Positions 1-6,998 of a stretch of DNA of 38,492 nt are shown here, one piece after another. The translations under genes were made by a program, and so were the position numbers. A model generated the notes under the pieces. It saw only the letters and a list, made by a program, of their open reading frames with translations, did not search any database and was not told where the DNA came from. The stretch comes from Dehalococcoidales bacterium (lineage in GTDB: Bacteria > Chloroflexota > Dehalococcoidia > Dehalococcoidales > CSSed11-197). The stretch lies in contig JAQWDO010000001.1 of the NCBI GenBank assembly GCA_028705415.1, forward strand, positions 1 through 38,492, written 5' to 3'. Position 1 is the stretch's first letter, and each line of letters starts with the position of its first letter.

Positions 1-1
1 G

Positions 2-526
2 GTCAGCCAGATAGTTGGGGATATGCCTGAGGAAGACAAGACAACCCTTCACCATTCAGAGAACCAGGCAACCCGGGCAACCCACGAATCATCCCTGGCA
101 GCAGACTGGACCAGGGCAGCGGGCGTGATTAACGTCTCCGTGGGCGGAGACCTCGAACTGGTCGGCAATGACTATTATGCCAGCATCGAGCAGATACTGC
201 TCTGGAACCCGGAGGTTATCATCGTAAATGAAAGCACCGCTTACAGCCTTATAACAGGCCACCCGCAATGGTCGGGGATCTCTGCCGTACAAAACGAAAA
301 GGTATACCAGCTGCCCAATGGTATATCCAGATGGGGGCACCCCGGTTCGGTTGAAACTCCACTGGCGCTCTTGTGGACAGCCAAAACCGTTTACCCGGAT
401 CTTTTTACCCATGTTGATATGGAGCAGGAAGTTCATGACTTCTATAAAACCTTTTTTGGTATGGAACTGGATGATGAAATGATAGCCACCGTTTTAAGGG
501 GTGGAGACCTTCGGGAAGATAAATAA
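2..526 (+). CDS. ABC-transporter periplasmic substrate-binding protein, C-terminal fragment (iron-siderophore/cobalamin type); 5' end outside window
   Basis: The frame of ORF 23..526 stays open back to nt 2. The C-terminal half looks like class III (FecB/BtuF-like) binding proteins: YASIEQILLWNPEVIIVNES and VYQLPNGISRWGHPGSVETPLALLWTAKTVYPDLF. Family call from motif recollection only. Confidence 0.55.
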   Translation, partial: VSQIVGDMPEEDKTTLHHSENQATRATHESSLAADWTRAAGVINVSVGGDLELVGNDYYASIEQILLWNPEVIIVNESTAYSLITGHPQWSGISAVQNEKVYQLPNGISRWGHPGSVETPLALLWTAKTVYPDLFTHVDMEQEVHDFYKTFFGMELDDEMIATVLRGGDLREDK

Positions 527-551
527 AATAAAACCGGGAAGGGAAATATTA

Positions 552-1298
552 GTGAAGAGAATTATTTTTATCGGCATAGACGATACCGACATTCTGGAAG
601 GACCGGGTACCGGAAAAGTAGCCAGAGGAGTAGCCACCCGGCTGGAAGAACTGGGTATGGGGCGGCACAGGGGAGTAATTCGCCACCAACTGCTGGTAGA
701 CCCCAGAATACCGTACACCTCGCACAACAGCGCCAAGTGCGTGCTGTTTGAAACCGCCCTCCCGGCTGATACTTTCCGCCAGCCCTGCATAGATTATCTT
801 GCCGAGCATTTCCAGCCAGGCTCGGACCCGGGTCTTTGCATATGTGAGCCTGGACAGGTCAACCAGGAGCTTGAAGATTACGGTGCTTCAGCCCAAAGAG
901 AATACCTTTCCAAGAAGCAGGCTTATGAGCTGGCTCGCAAGCTTGGAGTCTTCCTGATTGAACTGGGAGGCACCGGTGACGGAGTTATCGGCGCACTTGC
1001 GGCAGCGGGGCTCAGCGCTGCCGGGAACGACGGCAGGTACGTCCATCTGAGAGGGATAAAGGAAATAGACGGGATGATAACCGCCGGCCAGGTAAAGGAA
1101 AGAACAGACACGGTTTGTATAGTGGATGACAGGGGACAGATGGTTCCGGACACTGCCCTGATAGACAGCCTGGGTTGGTTAAGGCCTTCCCGGATAAATG
1201 GTGAGCCGAAGCTGAGGGTATGCCTGGAGAGAGACGGCGATGGCAGAGAAGTGTGGAGGCCGATTGAGCGCAAGCTAAGGGCGCACTCCGGCAAGTAG
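552..1298 (+). CDS. Uncharacterised protein with TiaS-like N-terminal IGIDDTD motif
   Basis: ORF 501..1298. I prefer the in-frame GTG at 552 (VKRIIFIGIDDTD...). It removes the 26-nt overlap with the upstream gene and follows GGGAAGGGA by about 10 nt. IFIGIDDTDILEGPGTGKVARG recalls the N-terminal domain of archaeal agmatidine synthetase TiaS (IGIDDTDS). The rest is not recognised. Confidence 0.5.
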   Translation: MKRIIFIGIDDTDILEGPGTGKVARGVATRLEELGMGRHRGVIRHQLLVDPRIPYTSHNSAKCVLFETALPADTFRQPCIDYLAEHFQPGSDPGLCICEPGQVNQELEDYGASAQREYLSKKQAYELARKLGVFLIELGGTGDGVIGALAAAGLSAAGNDGRYVHLRGIKEIDGMITAGQVKERTDTVCIVDDRGQMVPDTALIDSLGWLRPSRINGEPKLRVCLERDGDGREVWRPIERKLRAHSGK

Positions 1299-1320
1299 GT
1301 TTTAAAGTGGCTGGTGGCAA

Positions 1321-1545
1321 CGGGCGCTATTACGGGGAAGATCCTTCTTCGCACTAAAGTGCTCATCGAGGATGACACAAGTAATGGGACGCCCTCCTCT
1401 AAAAAGCCACAATAGGGGTGTCATTCTGAGTGTAAACGAAGAATCTTATAAGATTAGAGCTCGTTCATACGGGAACACTGCCATGTTAAGGCGGGCGCTA
1501 TTACGGGGAAGATCCTTCGGCAGTAAATTGCCTTGAAGATGACTC
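1321..1545 (+). repeat. Composite structured intergenic repeat, locus 1: flank unit U1 (1321-1378), core (1420-1477), flank unit U2 (1492-1545)
   Basis: The 27-nt perfect direct repeat CGGGCGCTATTACGGGGAAGATCCTTC occurs at 1321-1347 and 1492-1518. Each copy is followed by a short variable hairpin and GA(G/A)GATGAC. The core GTCATTCTGAG-N7-CGAAGAATCTTATAAGATT...CTCGTTCATACGGGAACA recurs at 13797-13854 (minus) and 28962-29019. Confidence 0.85.
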
Positions 1546-1619
1546 AAATAAACTGCACTTGTGCGCCTATTTTTTGTGATATCATTGTAAGGTTTAAATA
1601 AGAACAAGGATGGAAACAC

Positions 1620-2456
1620 ATGGGATTAAAGCGTGATAAGAGCGGTAAACTGCATATAGAATCACCCTTGATGGGCGAATCGCTAATGGATAAGGAGTTA
1701 CTGGCAAAAACCGGTACCGGACCGGTTTTCAGAATCATGCCAAACCTTATCGTGATTAAAATCGGAGGTCAGAGCATCATCGACCGCGGTAAAAATGCCC
1801 TTATCCCCATTCTGGAAGAATTGGTAGAGGTCAGAAAGCAAAACGATATATTGATAACCACCGGGGGTGGAACAAGAGCCCGCCACGTATATGCGATCGC
1901 CACCGAATTGGGCATGCCTGCGGGTGTGCTGTCTTCACTGGCATCAAGCATTAGTGAACAAAATGCCCTTATGGTAGCTATGGTTCTGGGGCCTTCCGGG
2001 GGAATAAAAATAGGCCATGACGATATAACTAAACTGTCTCATTACCTCAGGCTTGGATGTCTCCCTGTTACGCACGCCATGCCGCCCTATGGGCTTTTTG
2101 AAATCCCGCCAGAACTGGGGCGCATCCCACCCCATCGTACGGATGCCGGTGTTTTCCTGCTTTCCGAGGTCCTCGGGGCACGAAGGTGCATCCTGATAAA
2201 AGACGAACAGGGACTTTATTCAGCTGACCCGAAAAAGGACGAAAAAGCTAAATTCATCGGCACCAAAATTGAAGTAAACGAGCTGATTTCTTTAAACCTG
2301 AACGATTTACCGGTTGAACGCAGCATGCTCCAATGCCTGAAAAATTCATGCAACATGCATGAATTCAGTATTGTCAACGGTCTGGTTCGTGGCAATATAA
2401 CCCGGGCTATAGCAGGTGAGGAAGTTGGGACAACTGTCTATAAAGCCTGCAGCTAG
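1620..2456 (+). CDS. Molybdenum-storage-protein (MosA/MosB)-like amino acid kinase family protein
   Basis: Blocks VIKIGGQSIIDRG, TTGGGTRARHVYAIATELGMPAGVL, SISEQNA, MPPYG, IPPHRTDAGVFLLSE, ILIKDEQGLYSADPKKD and IVNGLVRGNITRAIAGEEVGTTVY run collinear with my recollection of Azotobacter vinelandii MosB (VIKIGGQSVIDRG, GTGAGTRARHLYSIAAGLGLPAGVL, IPPYRTDAGCFLLAE, FVKDEDGLYTANPK, VNGLVPGNLTRALAGEHVGT). AAGGA lies 9 nt before the ATG. Confidence 0.75.
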   Translation: MGLKRDKSGKLHIESPLMGESLMDKELLAKTGTGPVFRIMPNLIVIKIGGQSIIDRGKNALIPILEELVEVRKQNDILITTGGGTRARHVYAIATELGMPAGVLSSLASSISEQNALMVAMVLGPSGGIKIGHDDITKLSHYLRLGCLPVTHAMPPYGLFEIPPELGRIPPHRTDAGVFLLSEVLGARRCILIKDEQGLYSADPKKDEKAKFIGTKIEVNELISLNLNDLPVERSMLQCLKNSCNMHEFSIVNGLVRGNITRAIAGEEVGTTVYKACS

Positions 2457-2477
2457 CCGCCCCGTATAACATGGTTA

Positions 2478-2909
2478 TTACTGTCGGCGGTGCCGTCTTG
2501 TTTGGGCTTCCCGTATCATGTGGCTTGCACAATACGGGCACTCTTCCGGTTCCTTATAATCGTTGCGGTACAGTACTCGCCAGCTTTCACCGCAATTACA
2601 GCATTTCCAGCGAACCCTTATGCCTCGCACGTCTCCGGCAGAAACCACAATTATCATGTCTTCGCTCAAAGCAACAGCAACCTTGCGCCTTGCCTCTGCC
2701 AATATTCGCTGGAAGGTAGATCTGGCAACATCCATCGTCTCACACGCCTGGGTTTGATACTGGCCTTCAACCTCAACCAGCCTGAGTGCTTCCAGCTCTT
2801 CCGGCAGCAAGACAACCGTTTGACAGCTGGACAACCTGACACCGACTGGCTTGAATATCTTAACCTGGTGGTGTTTCCTCAAGCGCCGATTCTTGCGGGG
2901 TCTCGGCAT
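2478..2909 (-). CDS. DUF134 (UPF0251) family putative DNA-binding protein with C-terminal CxxC...CxxC zinc ribbon
   Basis: The N-terminus MPRPRKNRRL..FKPVGV..VVLLPEELEALRLVEVEGQYQTQACETMDVARSTFQRILAEARRKVAVAL is the typical DUF134 pattern. The C-terminal extension carries KCCNCGESW...ECPYCASH. The start overlaps the stop of the upstream ORF (TAATG). Confidence 0.8.
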   Translation of the reverse strand: MPRPRKNRRLRKHHQVKIFKPVGVRLSSCQTVVLLPEELEALRLVEVEGQYQTQACETMDVARSTFQRILAEARRKVAVALSEDMIIVVSAGDVRGIRVRWKCCNCGESWRVLYRNDYKEPEECPYCASHMIREAQTRRHRRQ

Positions 2910-3172
2910 TATTCACTCTCAGCATGCCTTCTGTGCGGATGCCTTCTTCTGCCGCCGGCTGCGACCTGTGGCTTGTTTTCGCCCCCACCGCATGGCAGCC
3001 AGACCAGTTCAGCTCCAGTACTTTTGGCAATCGCTTCCAGCTCGGCTTTCCTCAAATGGGTCTTGTAAAACTTCAGCTTGCTATCATCACCATTAACACA
3101 TACAACGGCAAAACGGGGCTCCCCGTCACCTGCGGTAACAGCACTGCGCTCTCTAACAAAAATCTGCTTCAT
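2909..3172 (-). CDS. Small hypothetical protein (87 aa) with basic Arg/His-rich C-terminal tail, first gene of the DUF134 operon
   Basis: AAAGGAGGAAGCC precedes the ATG at 3172. A near-consensus promoter lies upstream and the gene is translationally coupled to the DUF134 gene. The tail reads GGRRRHPHRRHAESE. No family recognised. Confidence 0.6.
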   Translation of the reverse strand: MKQIFVRERSAVTAGDGEPRFAVVCVNGDDSKLKFYKTHLRKAELEAIAKSTGAELVWLPCGGGENKPQVAAGGRRRHPHRRHAESE

Positions 3173-3205
3173 GGCTTCCTCCTTTGTATATCATTTAGTT
3201 CGTAG

Positions 3206-3225
3206 TTATGGGTATATACCCATAA
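3206..3225. promoter_or_regulatory. Perfect 20-bp palindrome TTATGGGTATATACCCATAA, candidate operator
   Basis: I checked by hand that the sequence equals its own reverse complement. It overlaps the -10/TSS region of the minus-strand promoter at 3224-3252. Confidence 0.6.
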
Positions 3226-3252
3226 TATAATACCATATAATGCCGCTGTCAA
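3224..3252 (-). promoter_or_regulatory. sigma70-type promoter of the 87-aa/DUF134 operon (TTGACA-N17-TATATT)
   Basis: The minus strand reads cTTGACAgcggcattatatggtatTATATTatggg. The -35 is at 3247-3252 and the -10 at 3224-3229, about 50 nt upstream of the ATG at 3172. Confidence 0.6.
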
Positions 3253-3324
3253 GATGTTGGAGGCCTTTCAAGCGGTGTAATTTTTTTACAAGCCAGGGCT
3301 TGCCAGCAGCTTTTTCAGCTTTGT

Positions 3325-3353
3325 TTGACTCTTAATAACATTTGAACTAGAAT
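3325..3353 (+). promoter_or_regulatory. sigma70-type promoter upstream of the Hyf-like operon (TTGACT-N17-TAGAAT)
   Basis: TTGACT at 3325-3330, a 17-nt spacer, then TAGAAT at 3348-3353. Confidence 0.45.
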
Positions 3354-3392
3354 AACTGACATACGAACATAGACCCTTATTTTTTACAAGAC

Positions 3393-3424
3393 AGGAAGCC
3401 CTGACGGGGCTTCCTTTGCTTTTG
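3393..3424 (+). terminator. Intrinsic-terminator-like hairpin inside the leader of the Hyf-like operon (possible attenuator)
   Basis: AGGAAGCCC-tgacg-GGGCTTCCT gives a 9-bp stem with a 5-nt loop (3393-3415). It is followed by TTGCTTTTGGG, and the operon ATG lies 25 nt further on at 3449. Confidence 0.5.
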
Positions 3425-3448
3425 GGCATGCTGGTTTTTAATATTTAA

Positions 3449-5386
3449 ATGATAACAACCCTGCTCCTGGTTAGTATGGCCATTATTCTGGCGGCTGGCG
3501 TTTTAGCCCTTTCAGGCTTGATTCAACCGAATATTGTCTGGCGCCGTTTGAGCCTGTTGTTGATGCTGCCCGGCCTGGCAGGAATAATTGTTGCCAGCGT
3601 TTGGGTTATGGCCGGGGATTTGCAGGTTTTGATCCCCCTTTTTGAAGTCAGTGAACTGCTGGCGGTAAATTTCTACCTGGACAGGCTATCTGCATTTTTC
3701 ATACTGATAATCTGCGTTGTCAGCGCGTGTGTAACGGTATACTCCCTGGGTTATGTCGAACACCAGCCGGAACCTGCGCAGCGCCAGTGGTCTATCGGGC
3801 TGATGGCGATATTTATCCTATCGATGATAGGGGTAGTTGCCTCAGAAAACTACTTCGCCCTCCTGCTTAACTGGGAAATCATGTCCCTGAGTTCCTTCTT
3901 CCTGGTGATTCTTGAACGTAAACAAGCCGAAAATATCAAGGCTGGGATCTACTATCTGGTGATGACTCAGCTCAGCACTGTTTTCCTGTTTTTCTCCTGC
4001 CTTGTAACCTACTCTTCAACCGGGTCCATGGCTGTAAATGCTTCTATGCCCGCCATGGCGAATCTTAGCCTGGTTCTTGCCGGCTTCCTGCTTGGCTTTG
4101 GCACCAAGGCTGGCCTTATCCCTTTGCACAAATGGCTTCCATATGCCCATTCAGCAGCCCCTTCCAATATATCTGCACTGATGTCGGGAGTTATGCTTAA
4201 GGTAGCAATATATGGGCTGGCCAGAATCACACTAAACCTGGAATCTATACCATTAGGCTGGGGTTTAGTACTACTGGGGATGGGAACGCTCTCAGCAGTC
4301 CTGGGCGTGATTTACGCGCTTAAAGAGCATGACCTTAAGAAGCTGCTTGCCTACCACAGTATTGAGAATATTGGCATTATCGTCATAGGCCTGGGGCTTT
4401 ACAGTATTTTTACATTTTACAGCCTGGAATTACTGGCGCTCGCGAGCCTGGCCGGTGCTCTTTTCCACTCCCTCAACCATGCGCTTTTTAAAGCCCTGCT
4501 TTTTATGTGCTCCGGCAACGTAATCAATGCTGTTTCAACCCGCAATATTGAACAAATGGGAGGGTTGGTCAAACGTATGCCAGCCACTGCTGGCATCTTT
4601 TTGGTGGGAGCGGCTGCCATTTCTGCCCTGCCGCCTTTAAACGGCTTTGCCAGTGAGATTTTATTATTCCAGTCATACCTGGGAGCTTTCCAGATACCCA
4701 GTTTATTTGTTGCAATCGGGGTTTTTGCCTCCCTTGCAGCATTTGCCCTGATGAGCGCCCTTGCTGCTGCCTGTTTTGTAAAGGCATTCGGGATCACCTT
4801 TCTGGCCATACCCCGTTCTGAAGCGGCCGCACAAGCTCACGAGGCAAGTCCAAGCATGATAGCCGCTCCGGCAATCCTGGCCGGCCTTTGTGTAATACTC
4901 GGTGTCGGCTCATTTCATTTCTTTAACATGATGGGGCTTAACCTGCCTGTACCCAATTTGCTTCCGGTAACCATTATAATCATCACAGTTGTGCTCATTG
5001 CGTTCTTAATGATCCGGTATCTGAAAATCCCGGTTAGAAAAATTGAAACCTGGAATTGCGGCTCAGCAAATATCGACTCCCGCACGGAATACACAGCTAC
5101 CGGGTTTTCTCAACCGATACTTAATTTTTTCAGCCCGATTTTTCGCACCAGAGAGATGGTTGAACGAAGTTTTACCGACGTTTTCAGGTCAGTTCTCCAC
5201 CATGGTAAGGCAGAAATTAAAACCATGCAGATTTTCGAAGAGCGTATCTATCTGCCTGTTGCCCGGTTTGCCATGCGTATAGGGCGCTGGGTATCCAACT
5301 GGCAAAACGGAGATCTGGATAACTTTATCCTGTACGGATTTATTGCCATTGTCATTTCTATCCTGGCAGCCGGATGGTGGTTGTAG
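3449..5386 (+). CDS. HyfB/HycC-like (NuoL/Mrp antiporter-type) membrane subunit
   Basis: 645-aa polytopic protein with the NuoL/HyfB pattern (PLHKWLPYAHSAAPSNISALMSGVMLKVAIYGLAR, AYHSIENIGII). First gene of a tightly packed six-gene operon. No clear Shine-Dalgarno before the ATG at 3449, so the start is uncertain. Confidence 0.85.
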   Translation: MITTLLLVSMAIILAAGVLALSGLIQPNIVWRRLSLLLMLPGLAGIIVASVWVMAGDLQVLIPLFEVSELLAVNFYLDRLSAFFILIICVVSACVTVYSLGYVEHQPEPAQRQWSIGLMAIFILSMIGVVASENYFALLLNWEIMSLSSFFLVILERKQAENIKAGIYYLVMTQLSTVFLFFSCLVTYSSTGSMAVNASMPAMANLSLVLAGFLLGFGTKAGLIPLHKWLPYAHSAAPSNISALMSGVMLKVAIYGLARITLNLESIPLGWGLVLLGMGTLSAVLGVIYALKEHDLKKLLAYHSIENIGIIVIGLGLYSIFTFYSLELLALASLAGALFHSLNHALFKALLFMCSGNVINAVSTRNIEQMGGLVKRMPATAGIFLVGAAAISALPPLNGFASEILLFQSYLGAFQIPSLFVAIGVFASLAAFALMSALAAACFVKAFGITFLAIPRSEAAAQAHEASPSMIAAPAILAGLCVILGVGSFHFFNMMGLNLPVPNLLPVTIIIITVVLIAFLMIRYLKIPVRKIETWNCGSANIDSRTEYTATGFSQPILNFFSPIFRTREMVERSFTDVFRSVLHHGKAEIKTMQIFEERIYLPVARFAMRIGRWVSNWQNGDLDNFILYGFIAIVISILAAGWWL

Positions 5387-5391
5387 TAATT

Positions 5392-6324
5392 ATGACAGTA
5401 ATCTACTACCTGCTAAACCCGCTTTTTATTCTTTTGATATCTCCCCTGTTTATGGGCATTATCAAAAAAATAAAGGCAATGGCCCAGGGCAGAACCGGCG
5501 CTCCGGTCTGGCAGCCATATTTTACCCTGCACAAGCTGTTTAAAAAAGAGATAATTTATTCCGATAATTCTTCGTTCATAATGAAAGTGGCTCCATACTT
5601 AAACATCGGTTTTACAATTGGGGCCGCTACCCTGGTACCGGTGCTGTTTTTACCCCCCGAAGGGTCAGTCCCGGCAAATATCATCCTGTTTTTGTACCTG
5701 TTGGTATCCGCCAAGTTCTTTATGGCGCTGGCCGGGCTTGATGCCGGCTCCGTTTTTGGCGGAATGGGCAGCTCGCGCGAGATGAGCCTTTCTGCCATTG
5801 CCGAACCGATTACCATAATCACCTTTGCAGCTATCGCCTTCGTGCTCAATACTACTGATATCACACAAATGTTTGCCACAACTGCATCAAACTCGCTGAC
5901 GGAATTTCCCACGCTCCTGCTTACCGGGGTGTCACTGTTTATTATTTTAATCATAGAGACGGCGAGGGTACCGGTAGACAACCCGGAAACCCACCTTGAG
6001 CTTACCATGGTCCATGAAGCCATGATTATTGAGCAATCCGGCCCCAACCTGGCCCTGATGGAGATCAGCCATGCTGTCAAACAGACACTGCTCATGGCTG
6101 TGCTGATAAACCTGCTCTTTCCACTGGGAATGCCTGATAGTTTTACGTTTGCAGGTGTTGCCCTGGGTATGGTCAGTTTTGCTGCTAAAGGCTCCATACT
6201 ATGCGTGATAATAGCCATTTTTGAAACCAGCCTGGCAAAAATCAGGTTTTTCCGCCTGCCAAGCTTCTTTATGGTGGCTCTTTTTCTTTCTTTTGTAACC
6301 ATTGTATTTGAGCTGATATTATGA
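5392..6324 (+). CDS. HyfC/HycD-like (NuoH-type) membrane subunit
   Basis: LISPLFMGIIKKIKAMAQGRTGAPVWQPYFTLHKLFKKE matches the HycD/NuoH N-terminal signature. The listed ORF starts at 5374. I prefer the ATG at 5392 (MTVIYY), just after the upstream stop and following GGTGG. Confidence 0.85.
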   Translation: MTVIYYLLNPLFILLISPLFMGIIKKIKAMAQGRTGAPVWQPYFTLHKLFKKEIIYSDNSSFIMKVAPYLNIGFTIGAATLVPVLFLPPEGSVPANIILFLYLLVSAKFFMALAGLDAGSVFGGMGSSREMSLSAIAEPITIITFAAIAFVLNTTDITQMFATTASNSLTEFPTLLLTGVSLFIILIIETARVPVDNPETHLELTMVHEAMIIEQSGPNLALMEISHAVKQTLLMAVLINLLFPLGMPDSFTFAGVALGMVSFAAKGSILCVIIAIFETSLAKIRFFRLPSFFMVALFLSFVTIVFELIL

Positions 6325-6998
6325 ACGACCCGCTTTTGATTGCGGTTATAATAAGGATACTGCTGGTGCTGATCCTGGGCACTGCAGTGCTTGTGATTAC
6401 CCAGCGCTCCCTGAGATCTCTTTTTACAATCTACTCGATCCAGTCTCTTTTGCTGGCATTACTGGCACTGGTTCTGTACTGGCAGGAAGGGATTTTCAGC
6501 CTGCTTTTAATCAGCTTGCTGACACTGGTCAGCAAGGCAATAGTTATCCCCCTGTTTTTACGCCGCCTTTTACGGAAAATACCTATTAAAAGAGACCTGG
6601 AATTCAGATATTTGACCCCTATCAGCTCGATACTGGTCAGCATCGGGTTACTTTTTGGTGTTTACCGGTTATTTTACAAGTTGAGCGACGAGTTGAATTT
6701 TGAGCCCCTTTTCCTGCTTGGCACCGTCATCGGAGTATCTCTTGCGCTTATGGGGATGATGGTAATTTTTAGCCGCCGCAAGGTTATCACCAAAACCGTC
6801 GGTTACCTTACCATGGAAAACGGGGTATTGCTTTTCGGTTTATTTGTGGCCGAACTGCCTTTTATTATTGAAGTACTGATTCTGGTGGACTTGCTGATGA
6901 TTCTGGTACTGGCCAGCCTGCTGGCTTTTGGTATAGATTCCACCATTGAATCTTTCCACGAACGCTTGCGTAACTTTGGAATGGAAGCAGAAGAATAA
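6321..6998 (+). CDS. HyfE-like small polytopic membrane subunit
   Basis: 225 aa with about 7 hydrophobic segments. Its size and position between the NuoH-like and NuoN-like genes match hyfE. It overlaps both neighbours (4 nt and 1 nt). Confidence 0.65.
   Translation: MNDPLLIAVIIRILLVLILGTAVLVITQRSLRSLFTIYSIQSLLLALLALVLYWQEGIFSLLLISLLTLVSKAIVIPLFLRRLLRKIPIKRDLEFRYLTPISSILVSIGLLFGVYRLFYKLSDELNFEPLFLLGTVIGVSLALMGMMVIFSRRKVITKTVGYLTMENGVLLFGLFVAELPFIIEVLILVDLLMILVLASLLAFGIDSTIESFHERLRNFGMEAEE

Noticed and set aside
1321-1545. Whether the direct repeats (here and at 28907-29089) are a mini CRISPR array
   Set aside because: There are only two repeat copies per locus, the spacing of 140-171 bp is too long, the intervening sequence is itself a conserved repeat core, and no cas genes are present.
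2490-3205. Plus-strand ORFs 2490..3068 (192 aa), 2851..3096 and 2924..3205
   Set aside because: They are antisense to the DUF134 operon, which is backed by an SD, a near-consensus promoter, translational coupling and a recognisable family pattern.
5556-6302. 248-aa minus-strand ORF
   Set aside because: It lies entirely antisense to the HyfC/HycD-like membrane subunit. It is a shadow ORF of a gene with strong family signatures.
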